Source: a virus
Lineage: Duplodnaviria > Caudoviricetes
Direction: 5' to 3' (one strand)
DNA: 64,000 bases
IMG/VR virus record: IMGVR_UViG_3300047321_000298
Span: 128,001-192,000 of that record
Every line of letters starts with the position of its first letter. Positions within the stretch are counted from its first letter, which is position 1. This document shows positions 35,358-44,174 of this stretch, in pieces. Under the pieces are notes generated by a model. The model worked only from the letters and a program-made list of their open reading frames with translations. It searched no databases and was not told where the DNA came from. A program made the position numbers and the translations under genes.

Positions 35358-35819
35358 ATGAAAGAGTCAAAAGCTACAGTTGACCGGTGGATGGCTGAGA
35401 AAGCCGCCTCAGGTTTCCAGTTTATGTTTGTTGTGTGCGATACGTTCGACTATCAACAGTATCCGGTTGGCGTCAAAGCTTCCGAGTTTTGGAGCATGCA
35501 CGAGCGCTATCACGGGATGGACATGCAGCGCATCGAGGGATACTACGACTTGTCCACGAAACAGACGCTCATCAACTTTCCGCCAAAGGTCGAGCCGGAA
35601 GCGTACATGTTGACTCTGCTGAAGGCCCGACCGACCCATACGACGTTCACTGTCCATATGGACTATCAGCGCCGGAAACTGACCGAAATCGACACGACTG
35701 AGCGTCAGGCGCTGGAACAGGTGCGCGAGGCGCTGCTTGATCCACAAAACCCGCACGTTGCAAGTCGCGCAAACAACGCACTGAACATCATCGACAAGGT
35801 AATAGGCGAGCCAAAATGA
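35358..35819 (+). CDS. hypothetical protein
   Basis: FMFVVCDTFDYxxYPV motif; typical codon usage. Confidence 0.7.
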   Translation: MKESKATVDRWMAEKAASGFQFMFVVCDTFDYQQYPVGVKASEFWSMHERYHGMDMQRIEGYYDLSTKQTLINFPPKVEPEAYMLTLLKARPTHTTFTVHMDYQRRKLTEIDTTERQALEQVREALLDPQNPHVASRANNALNIIDKVIGEPK

Positions 35820-36289
35820 GCGATAACCTGATGACCAAGACGGAAATCATGAAGTTGATCGCAGCGGGTCGAATTCATGAATCGTTCGTGCACTCGATTG
35901 AAGGCACGTTCGACATCACGGAGATGCGAGCACGCGCGTCTGGGTCGCAGGTAGTCACCGTGCCGATCCAGTCGGTATTGCCGTTCGTCCTCGAAAATCG
36001 GGTGTTCGAACTGGATCGGGTGTTCGAACTGGACGACAACAGTTGGAAGAACGACCCCGCGATGTGCGTCGTTTTTGACCGGGCCGAAGTCGTTGAGCAC
36101 CTGCTGGTGGATGGCGTTCACCGGATCATGCGCCGGTACCACGAGGGGTTAGAAGACTTCGAATGCTACTTCGTGGCCGAAAGAGACATCGTTCGGCCGG
36201 ACATGTCCAAGTGGCAGGACGGTACCGAACGCGGCTTAGACTGGGGTACCGAAATCGTGGTTGACGGCAAGATCGTAAAGCGTAGTTAA
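35816..36289 (+). CDS. ParB/Srx-like fold protein
   Basis: LLVDGVHR motif. Confidence 0.55.
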   Translation: MSDNLMTKTEIMKLIAAGRIHESFVHSIEGTFDITEMRARASGSQVVTVPIQSVLPFVLENRVFELDRVFELDDNSWKNDPAMCVVFDRAEVVEHLLVDGVHRIMRRYHEGLEDFECYFVAERDIVRPDMSKWQDGTERGLDWGTEIVVDGKIVKRS

Positions 36290-36309
36290 AACAACTATTC
36301 GGGGAATCT

Positions 36310-36621
36310 ATGAAATATCTGGTCGCTGGTTTGCTTAGTGCGGTGGCGTTCGCCATCTCTTTTTTCTTTCAGGCCGCAATGTGGGTCCGGCTGTACGCGG
36401 GACTCGAACCGCCGATCTTCTTCTTTGTTCTCCTGTCCGTTGTGGTCGGCGCGTTCTTTTTCTTGGGGTACGCCGTCGCTGACTGTACGTCTGGCCGCAC
36501 CCCGGTCAAAGACGAAGCCGACGAGTGGAAGCCCGTGCGGAGGTCGATTGATGAGCACGGAGCGGAATTCGTGAGCGCTCAGGAGATTCGCTTTCGCATG
36601 AAAAAGAGGTACCCAAGTTGA
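36310..36621 (+). CDS. membrane protein
   Basis: Two N-terminal TM segments. Confidence 0.65.
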   Translation: MKYLVAGLLSAVAFAISFFFQAAMWVRLYAGLEPPIFFFVLLSVVVGAFFFLGYAVADCTSGRTPVKDEADEWKPVRRSIDEHGAEFVSAQEIRFRMKKRYPS

Positions 36622-36902
36622 TGGACCCGCGTTTGAAAGAGGGTGACGCCTATCAAATTCGAAGGTATGACCGGGACAACACGGTAACCCCCGGTTGGGG
36701 AGAGTGGGAGACTGTGACGCGTCAGAAGTATGACGATGTTTGCGCCTACATAGAGATGGGTTACCTGTTTTACCAGGCTCGATCACTGACCTGTAGTCAC
36801 GCCGTGTGCCACAAGCTTTCGCCACCTGACGACTGTCCGGGCACGCAAGAAGTAGGAATTGCAAAAGAATTTCGGGGAAATCCATTCGCCTTCCGTAAAT
36901 AA
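36621..36902 (+). CDS. hypothetical protein
   Basis: TGATG coupling, GAGG RBS. Confidence 0.6.
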   Translation: MDPRLKEGDAYQIRRYDRDNTVTPGWGEWETVTRQKYDDVCAYIEMGYLFYQARSLTCSHAVCHKLSPPDDCPGTQEVGIAKEFRGNPFAFRK

Positions 36903-36937
36903 GCTGATGTAGGGGCCAGACCGAGTCCCTCACATCA
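36878..36937 (+). promoter_or_regulatory. bipartite AAATCC-N10-CGTAAATA motif plus leader hairpin
   Basis: Motif 36894-36901; TGATGT-AGGG/CCCT-C-ACATCA hairpin 36905-36937. Confidence 0.6.
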
Positions 36938-36951
36938 ACAAGGAGCGGAAG

Positions 36952-38682
36952 GTGTCAACGATTGGAACTGAAACTATCGAGCAGCAAAAGAAGCGCCTGG
37001 GCACGGACTCTGATTCGGATTACAGCGCGTTTCTGGCCCACGTGAAATCGACGTTCAAGAAGGCGGTAGCCGATCAGGACGCCCGCCTCTTCTATGTGAG
37101 TTTTGATCCGGCCGATGCTCCGGGCCCGACCGAAGACGACGAAGACGCGCCTCTCGCTCTTTTCGATCACTACCTCGCGCACATCCATCCGTCGCAACGT
37201 CAGGTCCACACCTGCAGCACGTGCCGTTCGTTCATGAAGCGATACGGCGGGCTCGTGACCGTGTCGAAGAAAGGTCGCATCAAGTCGGCGCTGTGGGACG
37301 AAGAAGGGTATGAAGGCCCGTACGAAGACGCAATATGTGGTCTGCGTCAGGAAGTCGAGAGCGCGCACATCAAGGGCGTGTTTCTGACCAAGGAAATCAA
37401 GCTCGGTTATGAGACCACTGGCGGCGCATACTTCAGCGAACCTGAATGGAGTCACCTGTCTGTGTCGGTGCCCCGTCATCTGATCTTCCAAAGCTCGTTG
37501 CTGTCGGCCAAGCAAAAGATGGCGGCCAAGCGCGAGGACTACAAAAACATGGTCAGGGCTCTGACCGAGTTTTCGATTGACACCGTAAATCAGGCAGTGG
37601 CTCTTCTGGAATCGAACGCGCTGTACCGTGCAGATGCGGTTCTTGGGCCCGCGAAGTTCCTGCAAGAGGTGCTGCTCGAACGCGCGGGCGTGAACAACCG
37701 CCAGTACCGGGCTAACTTGCTGTGGAAGCGCGTGGCTTCCGCTCCTGATGGTTTCCTGCATCCGAACTCTTCAATGATCGGTACGCTGCTCGATGACATC
37801 CAGAAGGGGTTGAAGTTTGACGCGGTGAAGGCGCGTTTTGCCGAGAAGATGGCACCGACGCAATACATGCGACCACAGGTAGCACCGAAGGCCGGTAACA
37901 TCCAGCAAGCTGAAACGATCATCGCTAAGCTCAACGCGGCAGGTGCTCTGGAGCGTCGCTTTGCTCGTCTCGAAGACATCCAGACGATCTGGCACCCGCA
38001 GCGACAGGTGTCGAAGCGGTCATCGGCCGATGAAGGTGGTGTGTTCTCGCACCTGCAATCGAAGGGGGCAGCACTCTCGGCTAATCTGGAGCCGATGCGC
38101 GGTATGCAACCGAGCGTGATGACGTGGAGCCTCTTCCGCTCGAAAGTCCTGCCGAAAGCACTGCGAATCCAGGTGTACACGCAGCCCCATGGGCTGTACG
38201 GAGCCTACACGACTGCGGCGTATGAAGACGCGGAGCCGATCATCCAGTGGGACAACACGGAGCGCCGCAACCCCGTTGCCTGGTACGTGTACCACGCTGG
38301 CTCGTCTGCGCATCAGTGGGGGTTGGCCGCAAACGCTTGGATCGATGTATCAGCCATGAGCCTGCAACCGCACCAGTGGTTCGAGGAAGAGAAGTACATG
38401 CACCATGGTGAAGGCGTTCTGCTCGTTCTTCCGAACTGTCGGGATTCGCAGTACAAACGGGCGGGCAATGCTCTGTTTCCGCAGTGCCTGCGCTCCGAGT
38501 TGCATGGAGTCCGCGCGACTATCGAGGCGTACTCGCAAACCGCTGTCCTGTCTGGTGCCGATGAGCCGAATCTCGCTTGCGGTATCAAGTTCAACAAGGA
38601 CAACAATCTGCGCGGCATCCTGTTCCGAGTCCAGAAGAATGACGGGACAGTCATGAGCTACGCGCTGGATCGCTGGGAATAA
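36952..38682 (+). CDS. 576-aa conserved phage hypothetical protein
   Basis: AAGGAG RBS; HTCSTCRSFMKRYGGLV motif. Confidence 0.85.
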   Translation: MSTIGTETIEQQKKRLGTDSDSDYSAFLAHVKSTFKKAVADQDARLFYVSFDPADAPGPTEDDEDAPLALFDHYLAHIHPSQRQVHTCSTCRSFMKRYGGLVTVSKKGRIKSALWDEEGYEGPYEDAICGLRQEVESAHIKGVFLTKEIKLGYETTGGAYFSEPEWSHLSVSVPRHLIFQSSLLSAKQKMAAKREDYKNMVRALTEFSIDTVNQAVALLESNALYRADAVLGPAKFLQEVLLERAGVNNRQYRANLLWKRVASAPDGFLHPNSSMIGTLLDDIQKGLKFDAVKARFAEKMAPTQYMRPQVAPKAGNIQQAETIIAKLNAAGALERRFARLEDIQTIWHPQRQVSKRSSADEGGVFSHLQSKGAALSANLEPMRGMQPSVMTWSLFRSKVLPKALRIQVYTQPHGLYGAYTTAAYEDAEPIIQWDNTERRNPVAWYVYHAGSSAHQWGLAANAWIDVSAMSLQPHQWFEEEKYMHHGEGVLLVLPNCRDSQYKRAGNALFPQCLRSELHGVRATIEAYSQTAVLSGADEPNLACGIKFNKDNNLRGILFRVQKNDGTVMSYALDRWE

Positions 38683-38707
38683 AGGCGAAAGCTGAGTTAA
38701 TGCTCGT

Positions 38708-38732
38708 GGGCCCCGTAATTCGGGGCTCTCTG
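38708..38732 (+). terminator. possible terminator hairpin
   Basis: GGGCCCCG-taatt-CGGGGCTC; weak U-tract. Confidence 0.5.
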
Positions 38733-38755
38733 CACGTTACCACCTGAAAAATAAA

Positions 38756-39280
38756 ATGAACAAACTTCAGATTAAGAAAAGTGCCTGGCACTATCGGCTG
38801 GCGCTCAAATTCGGTTGGACTGAACTGGTACGGAACCCGAACTGGGGTTACCGTGATACGCCGATGTACGTACCGAACGATGACTTCTGCTCCTATCTGC
38901 GACGCGTCCTTCTGGGGCTAGCGATTATCGCGCTGTGTGCTGGCATGCTCGCTTTCTATTGCTACTGCAATTACCTTCTCTGCGTAGACTTGCTGAAAGG
39001 CACCTTCGTATTTCAAAACGGCCCGCTTCGCCAGCTTTTTGCCGTGACTTTTGACGTGATTATCGTGGTCCTGGCAGCAGGTTGGGTCTTGTGGAATACG
39101 TGGATTCATTGGGGCTTGGGTGATTGGGTGTATGAAAAAACGGAGGGTTGGAGGGATGCCCTTTACGAAAAGTCCTATGCCAAACGAAAGACCAAGCCTG
39201 CGCGCGATCCGTTTTACAAGGCCGCGTACGAAACATTGAAGCACAAGTTCTGCATGAAGATCGAGGTAACGAATGACTAA
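38756..39280 (+). CDS. membrane protein
   Basis: Two hydrophobic segments. Confidence 0.7.
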   Translation: MNKLQIKKSAWHYRLALKFGWTELVRNPNWGYRDTPMYVPNDDFCSYLRRVLLGLAIIALCAGMLAFYCYCNYLLCVDLLKGTFVFQNGPLRQLFAVTFDVIIVVLAAGWVLWNTWIHWGLGDWVYEKTEGWRDALYEKSYAKRKTKPARDPFYKAAYETLKHKFCMKIEVTND

Positions 39281-39503
39281 CGCGTTCGACAAATTCACAG
39301 AACTGTATAAGTCCGATCCGTCAGCACCGCATCTGCGCTTAGGTCAGTTCTTCTGCAATCTGTACATACGCGAATCGTGGCCCGAACTCTACTACGAAGC
39401 AGATGATTCGAAGGCCGCCGCGCTGATCTGTGATTGGCTGGAGCGTCACCAGTACACCGACAGTCTGCCGAAGCCCCAAAACCGCATCCAACTTCCGCAC
39501 TGA
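39273..39503 (+). CDS. hypothetical protein
   Basis: GAGG RBS; LRLGQFFCN motif. Confidence 0.7.
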   Translation: MTNAFDKFTELYKSDPSAPHLRLGQFFCNLYIRESWPELYYEADDSKAAALICDWLERHQYTDSLPKPQNRIQLPH

Positions 39504-39511
39504 GCCCAACT

Positions 39512-39928
39512 ATGGATAACGCAAAAGAGTATGCCTCGCTGGTGGCCAATGGCGCGGTCCTTGACACGCTGGTTGCTTTGATCGAGCGGGGCCCACTGGA
39601 TGACGGCAGTGTGCCCTCCAAGCGCGGTCGCGACACGCTGATCGCCCACGGGTGCGCGCAACGGGTGATCATGCGCTCCGAAGACGGCTACACGGCCGCA
39701 ACGCTAAAGGGTGCCGATCTGTATCGGTACGCCTTTGGCAACGCAGACACCCTGAAGCAAGCTGCCGAGCGTCGCACTGCCGAGCGCGCGATTGCGAACG
39801 CTCGGACGATCCAGCTTAAACAGGCCAGCGTAACAACCCACGCGGAGTGCACACATTGCACCAACGTGCGTCTCTGCAAGGCAGAACACGGATGTGCGGC
39901 ATATCACGGCATCAACCTCTGGGGCTAA
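39512..39928 (+). CDS. hypothetical protein
   Basis: ATG 39512; possible winged-helix-like N-terminus. Confidence 0.6.
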   Translation: MDNAKEYASLVANGAVLDTLVALIERGPLDDGSVPSKRGRDTLIAHGCAQRVIMRSEDGYTAATLKGADLYRYAFGNADTLKQAAERRTAERAIANARTIQLKQASVTTHAECTHCTNVRLCKAEHGCAAYHGINLWG

Positions 39929-39931
39929 CCT

Positions 39932-40201
39932 GTGACCAAGAAACGATTCAAAGCCTCGGACACCGTGGCATTCAACGTCGAAGCCGTTGAGGTGAATGGC
40001 GAGCACTTCATCTCGATTCGCAAGATGTACCAGACGCAGAAGGAACCTGGCGTGTGGAAGCCCGGGTTTCAGGGCATCACGCTTCCGCTGAAGGGCGTCA
40101 AGAAAATAGCCGACTACGCTGCGACGATTGCTGCTGATCCGGCCACGGAGTTCCTTCATATCGAGCCGAAACCCAAGGGCGAGAAGAAGGGTAAGAAATG
40201 A
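39932..40201 (+). CDS. PC4/p15-like ssDNA-binding protein
   Basis: GEHFISIRKMY....G.WKPG.QGITLP matches the PC4 pattern. Confidence 0.75.
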   Translation: MTKKRFKASDTVAFNVEAVEVNGEHFISIRKMYQTQKEPGVWKPGFQGITLPLKGVKKIADYAATIAADPATEFLHIEPKPKGEKKGKK

Positions 40202-40608
40202 CAGAGCAAACCGATCCGCAAAAACTACGGGCAGCACTGGAGCAGAAGGCGCTGGATTCAGAACAGCGTATGTCGTCCGCTCTGACGAGCGCCGCGTTTC
40301 AGCTTGTGCAGGCTTTAGCCAATCGGAGAGTTGACGGCATCAATCTCCGTATCGAGCGCGAGCGTCTAGATTTCGTGATGCGAACTCAGGCGGTGTGGAC
40401 GCCCGCTGGAGCCTTTGGATATTTGAAGTATCAGATGGATGGTGCTTCATTCGTCATCCAGGCGATGACCTACGAGCGGGCAATCGATAGAGCGATGAGA
40501 GATGAAACAGACGGAAATCGAGATAGTAGCAGCCCATCGTATACGTGTACTCCGCAAGCTGCACGAGAACCCGACGCCAGAACTGAAAGCGGAATTTCGG
40601 AAGCTTAA
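40198..40608 (+). CDS. hypothetical protein
   Basis: ATGA overlap; C-terminal ~35 aa overlap the next ORF. Confidence 0.55.
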   Translation: MTEQTDPQKLRAALEQKALDSEQRMSSALTSAAFQLVQALANRRVDGINLRIERERLDFVMRTQAVWTPAGAFGYLKYQMDGASFVIQAMTYERAIDRAMRDETDGNRDSSSPSYTCTPQAAREPDARTESGISEA

Positions 40609-40753
40609 TGAGCGTATGCTCGAACTCAGCCCACGGGTTCATCCAGATCAGTTGGTCGCACTAAATCGGACGCTGGGTGCGCTCAATCGTGCGCGCTCTG
40701 AGATGGATGAACTAGACAAATTAATAGCGAGCGTCACGCGTTCATTTTACTGA
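40502..40753 (+). CDS. hypothetical coiled-coil protein
   Basis: 83-aa ORF with typical codon usage. Confidence 0.6.
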   Translation: MKQTEIEIVAAHRIRVLRKLHENPTPELKAEFRKLNERMLELSPRVHPDQLVALNRTLGALNRARSEMDELDKLIASVTRSFY

Positions 40754-40764
40754 CGCCCGCCATT

Positions 40765-40814
40765 AAATCCTGGACGCTGAAGTAAATAGGTTGTGTAGGA
40801 CACGCCTACTAACC
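40765..40814 (+). promoter_or_regulatory. bipartite AAATCC-N10-AGTAAATA motif plus leader hairpin
   Basis: Motif 40781-40788; GGTTG-T-GTAGG/CCTAC-TAACC hairpin. Confidence 0.65.
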
Positions 40815-40835
40815 CAAACTTCACACAGGACCAAA

Positions 40836-41702
40836 ATGAATCTGGACACCTACACTCGCGTAGTTGGATCGACAGCCGCTGAATTTGCCGAACTGGAACT
40901 GAGTATTGACCAGCTATTTGCCTGGCAAATACTCAAAATGAATCAAATGTACGAACTGCCGATGAACCGCTTTCCGACGCTGGACGGTCTGGGCGAAACT
41001 CCGGTTCAGCGCATGCAAGGTTTCATGAAGACCCTGCAGAAAGAAATGGAAGAGGGCAAGGAAGTTCTGGCGGCTCTGGTCTATCGCGAGTGGTTGCAGA
41101 AGGGCGTAGATGTCACGCAGGAAGGTCTGCTGTCCGGTCTCATGACCAAGCTCGAAATCACGGACGACAGCCGCGCGAAGAAGGTGATTGCATTCCTTCA
41201 GCAGTACACGGTTGAGGCGCAACTCGAAGAACTGAGCCGCCAGATTCTCGTGCAGCTTGCCGATTGGCTTGGTGACATGAGCGTGTTCAATCGTTCGGAA
41301 GCCCTGAAGTATGGCATCCCGCTCGAAGGCGTTCTGGCGTGCATCATGGGCTCGAACTTCACGAAGCTGGATGAGAACGGCCAGCCGATCAAGGACGAGA
41401 ACGGCAAGTTCCTGAAGGGACCGAATTTCCTTCCGCCCGAAGATCACATCTACGCGACGCTGTTCGAAGCAGATGCGCTGCAGCAGGAAGCTTACGACCT
41501 GTCGATGAAGGTGCGCGAGCAGCAGGCGATTGCCGTGCCGGTCCTGCTCAATCCGCTGGCCGCGATTGTCGAGCGTATCGAGGAAGTTGCGGAAGCCCAG
41601 GCCGTCGATGCTGAGGAAGATGACGAAGGCGAGGAACTGGAACACGATCATGAAGCTGAGCACGCGGCCACGGCCGGTGATTCAGTCTTCGGCGCAGAGT
41701 AA
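40836..41702 (+). CDS. MazG/PRA-PH-like NTP pyrophosphohydrolase
   Basis: LADWLGD, SNFTKL..NG.PI.DENGK.LKGPNF.PP; acidic tail. Confidence 0.8.
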   Translation: MNLDTYTRVVGSTAAEFAELELSIDQLFAWQILKMNQMYELPMNRFPTLDGLGETPVQRMQGFMKTLQKEMEEGKEVLAALVYREWLQKGVDVTQEGLLSGLMTKLEITDDSRAKKVIAFLQQYTVEAQLEELSRQILVQLADWLGDMSVFNRSEALKYGIPLEGVLACIMGSNFTKLDENGQPIKDENGKFLKGPNFLPPEDHIYATLFEADALQQEAYDLSMKVREQQAIAVPVLLNPLAAIVERIEEVAEAQAVDAEEDDEGEELEHDHEAEHAATAGDSVFGAE

Positions 41703-41708
41703 GATGCC

Positions 41709-41951
41709 ATGTTCGTTTTCTACGGTGACCGCGATCTACCGCCCGAATTCATCAGGGCGTGTGAGGGCTTGGTAACCATCGCAAACAATCAGGAGCTAAC
41801 ACCTGAACAACGCGAGCGGGCGCTAAAGGAAATACGACGCATTGCCCTCAACTTATGCCGTGAGCTTCAGCCGAACAATCTGCAACGAGAGGTGACTCCG
41901 CTGATCGGCGGCACGCTGTTCGATGATGTGTACTGGGTTCGAAAAGAGTGA
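41709..41951 (+). CDS. hypothetical protein
   Basis: 80-aa ORF before a terminator. Confidence 0.55.
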   Translation: MFVFYGDRDLPPEFIRACEGLVTIANNQELTPEQRERALKEIRRIALNLCRELQPNNLQREVTPLIGGTLFDDVYWVRKE

Positions 41952-41955
41952 AAAC

Positions 41956-41986
41956 GGCCGGGGCCTAAAAATCCCGGCTTTTTCTT
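41956..41986 (+). terminator. intrinsic terminator (CCTAAAAA loop)
   Basis: GCCGGGG-cctaaaaa-TCCCGGC then TTTTTCTT. Confidence 0.85.
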
Positions 41987-41996
41987 CATTCTGTTG

Positions 41997-42024
41997 TTGA
42001 CGCTTTGTGCAGCACGTGTACAAT
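41997..42024 (+). promoter_or_regulatory. early promoter cassette copy 11
   Basis: TTGACG-N16-TACAAT; leader 36/37 nt identical to copy 3. Confidence 0.9.
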
Positions 42025-42061
42025 AGATTCTGTTGGATGTGAAACGAACCAGGAGCTAGAA

Positions 42062-42250
42062 ATGACCAAGATCGATCAGTTGGAAGCGCAAGTTCGCGAG
42101 ACGTTCGCTTTGGGTCACGAGCGTGCGTATGTCGAAGCCGGTATCTACAAGTTCTACATGCCCAACACGATCTTGGCTTTACAGAAGCGCGGCTACAAGG
42201 TTGAAAGTCCGAAGGTTGGTGTTTATTACGTCTACCCGAAAGGTGCTTAA
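42062..42250 (+). CDS. hypothetical early protein
   Basis: AGGAG RBS in the leader. Confidence 0.7.
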   Translation: MTKIDQLEAQVRETFALGHERAYVEAGIYKFYMPNTILALQKRGYKVESPKVGVYYVYPKGA

Positions 42251-42454
42251 ATGTCCGTGATCCAAGCCCAAGAAGAATTCATTGCTCAGGTCAACGCGTG
42301 TGTGCGGCCGGGTGACAGGCAACACCGAGTGAAACGCTCAGCTAACCGGAAGCTCGCTGACTATCTGAATGCGGTGGGCTACACCGCAGAACAGATCAGG
42401 CAAGCGCAGATCGACGCGTGGGATGTGGCAGAACTTGAGAATAGAGCGGACTGA
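42251..42454 (+). CDS. hypothetical early protein
   Basis: Abuts upstream stop. Confidence 0.7.
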   Translation: MSVIQAQEEFIAQVNACVRPGDRQHRVKRSANRKLADYLNAVGYTAEQIRQAQIDAWDVAELENRAD

Positions 42455-42457
42455 TCA

Positions 42458-42955
42458 ATGGCTTCCGATGACGAAGAAATGATTTGCAGTATCTGCAGCA
42501 AGCCGATCCTGGATGGAGAAGGCCGGTACACCGCTGGCGAGCACAGGGGCATATTCCGGCACTGGGACTGCTACAAGCCCGATCTGGACAAGATTGACCG
42601 GCTAATGAAGGAGTTGAAGTCCGACATCGACAGCTTGGGGCCCATAAAGAAACGCAGGAGCCCCTGCCGCCCCGGGGATGGACCCACGGCCAAGCGTCTC
42701 GGTCTGAAGATCGTGAAGGCTCTTAAACGCCAGCTTGACCTGGATGTGACCATCGATCATCTGGATTTCTGGGTTCAGCCTCCAACATACCGTGGTCCCC
42801 GATGGGACCTAGCAATATGGGGCTGCACAGTTGAGCACCCGGATATTGTGGGTGGCAGGCTCATGCTTCATTCGTGGGAGCCCATGACCAAACTCGCGAA
42901 GCAGGAGACGGTGACGTTATTCCCCGAAGGCGTTCTAACTTTCGACGTTGGCTAA
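42458..42955 (+). CDS. hypothetical protein with N-terminal CxxC...HxxC
   Basis: ICSICSK...RHWDC. Confidence 0.7.
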   Translation: MASDDEEMICSICSKPILDGEGRYTAGEHRGIFRHWDCYKPDLDKIDRLMKELKSDIDSLGPIKKRRSPCRPGDGPTAKRLGLKIVKALKRQLDLDVTIDHLDFWVQPPTYRGPRWDLAIWGCTVEHPDIVGGRLMLHSWEPMTKLAKQETVTLFPEGVLTFDVG

Positions 42956-42963
42956 GTTTTTTG

Positions 42964-42991
42964 TTGACGGTTTGTGCGCGACGTGTACAAT
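42964..42991 (+). promoter_or_regulatory. early promoter cassette copy 12
   Basis: TTGACG-N16-TACAAT; leader GAAACGAAACGGGG. Confidence 0.85.
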
Positions 42992-43032
42992 GGGTTCTGT
43001 AGTGAGTGATCTGAAACGAAACGGGGAACGAA

Positions 43033-43266
43033 ATGGACTACGCAGCTAACCTTGCTCTCTTCCTTCAAGAAAAGACCGGAACGATTTTCGGTGAATGGGA
43101 TGGGCGGATGACCGCAGCAGAGCAGCGTGCGTTGTTCGGTCGCTTTCTCGGAAAGGGATTGCTCTGTATCAACGGTTTGACTGAAGTGGTGGAACACCAT
43201 GTCAAGGTCTGTTTTGGAACGGACAGCGATTGCACCGCACGTGTCGCCTGGCGCGATCTGAAGTAA
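43033..43266 (+). CDS. hypothetical early protein
   Basis: First ORF after promoter. Confidence 0.7.
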   Translation: MDYAANLALFLQEKTGTIFGEWDGRMTAAEQRALFGRFLGKGLLCINGLTEVVEHHVKVCFGTDSDCTARVAWRDLK

Positions 43267-43275
43267 AAAGGATAA

Positions 43276-43440
43276 ATGATGAGCAGCCTTCTTAAAACAG
43301 CAAGCTGGGTCATTCGCAACATCGAGACTCAGGAAGTCGTGATGGAGACGTTCAACGAAAACCTCGTGGCGAAATTGAACGTCGCGAAGTACGAAGCTGT
43401 GCCGATCCTCGAATATCTTCAAAGCCTCAACCGGAGCTAA
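43276..43440 (+). CDS. hypothetical protein (54 aa; below ORF-track cutoff)
   Basis: Translated by hand; AAGGA RBS. Confidence 0.65.
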   Translation: MMSSLLKTASWVIRNIETQEVVMETFNENLVAKLNVAKYEAVPILEYLQSLNRS

Positions 43441-43444
43441 AAAC

Positions 43445-43609
43445 ATGTTCGGAAAATCGATTTCGCGTCACGCCTACTCGCTGGATAAGCGAGATGCCAA
43501 GATGGCTGCGTGTCGTGGGTTGCTTAACCGCGCACGAATCTCGCGGAACCACGTGGAGATCACCCGGTTGACGCGCGAACTGAAACTTCTTGGTCAAAGT
43601 ATTTGTTGA
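43445..43609 (+). CDS. basic hypothetical protein (54 aa; below ORF-track cutoff)
   Basis: Translated by hand; GGAG RBS; stop in the next -35 box. Confidence 0.55.
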   Translation: MFGKSISRHAYSLDKRDAKMAACRGLLNRARISRNHVEITRLTRELKLLGQSIC

Positions 43610-43633
43610 CGTTCTGTGCACGACCTGTATAAT
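43606..43633 (+). promoter_or_regulatory. early promoter cassette copy 13
   Basis: TTGACG-N16-TATAAT. Confidence 0.9.
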
Positions 43634-43674
43634 GGGTCTTGTTGGATGTGACTCGAAACGAACCGGAGAACGAG

Positions 43675-44169
43675 ATGGCTTTTATGGACCAAATCAAGAA
43701 GGCAAAGATCGCGGCGGCCCTCAAGAAGGTGATGCCTAACGACTGGAAGTACAGCCTGGCGGTTCGGCACCACAGCCGGATTGTGTTGACCATCAAGCAA
43801 GCTCCGGTTGATCTGATCGGTATCATCAACGCGAAGAACAAGGCGTACGCAGAGAAGTGGGGTGAGGATTTTCGGGAGTGCAGCGACTACGTACAGTTGA
43901 GCCCCTACCACCTCGAACGGAACTACGAGGGTGACGTGCTCAAGGTCCTCGAAGCTGCGAAGGCCGCACTGTACAGCGCTGACTACTACGACCACAGCGA
44001 CGCGCAAACCGACTATTTCAACTGCGCGTACTACGTCGATATGAACATCGGCAAGTGGAACAAGCCGTTTGTGTGCAGCGCAAAGGCGAAGGGCGAACCG
44101 GATAACGGCAACAAGTTCGCGAAGTTCATGGAGCAGGTTCTCAGCCCGGTCGAAATGCTTGACGAATAA
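43675..44169 (+). CDS. conserved phage hypothetical protein (MAxM.Q.KK.KIA family)
   Basis: SLAVRHHS, YYDHSDAQTDYF...YYVDMNIGKWNKP motifs of a widespread uncharacterised phage family (from memory). Confidence 0.85.
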   Translation: MAFMDQIKKAKIAAALKKVMPNDWKYSLAVRHHSRIVLTIKQAPVDLIGIINAKNKAYAEKWGEDFRECSDYVQLSPYHLERNYEGDVLKVLEAAKAALYSADYYDHSDAQTDYFNCAYYVDMNIGKWNKPFVCSAKAKGEPDNGNKFAKFMEQVLSPVEMLDE

Positions 44170-44174
44170 ACAAC

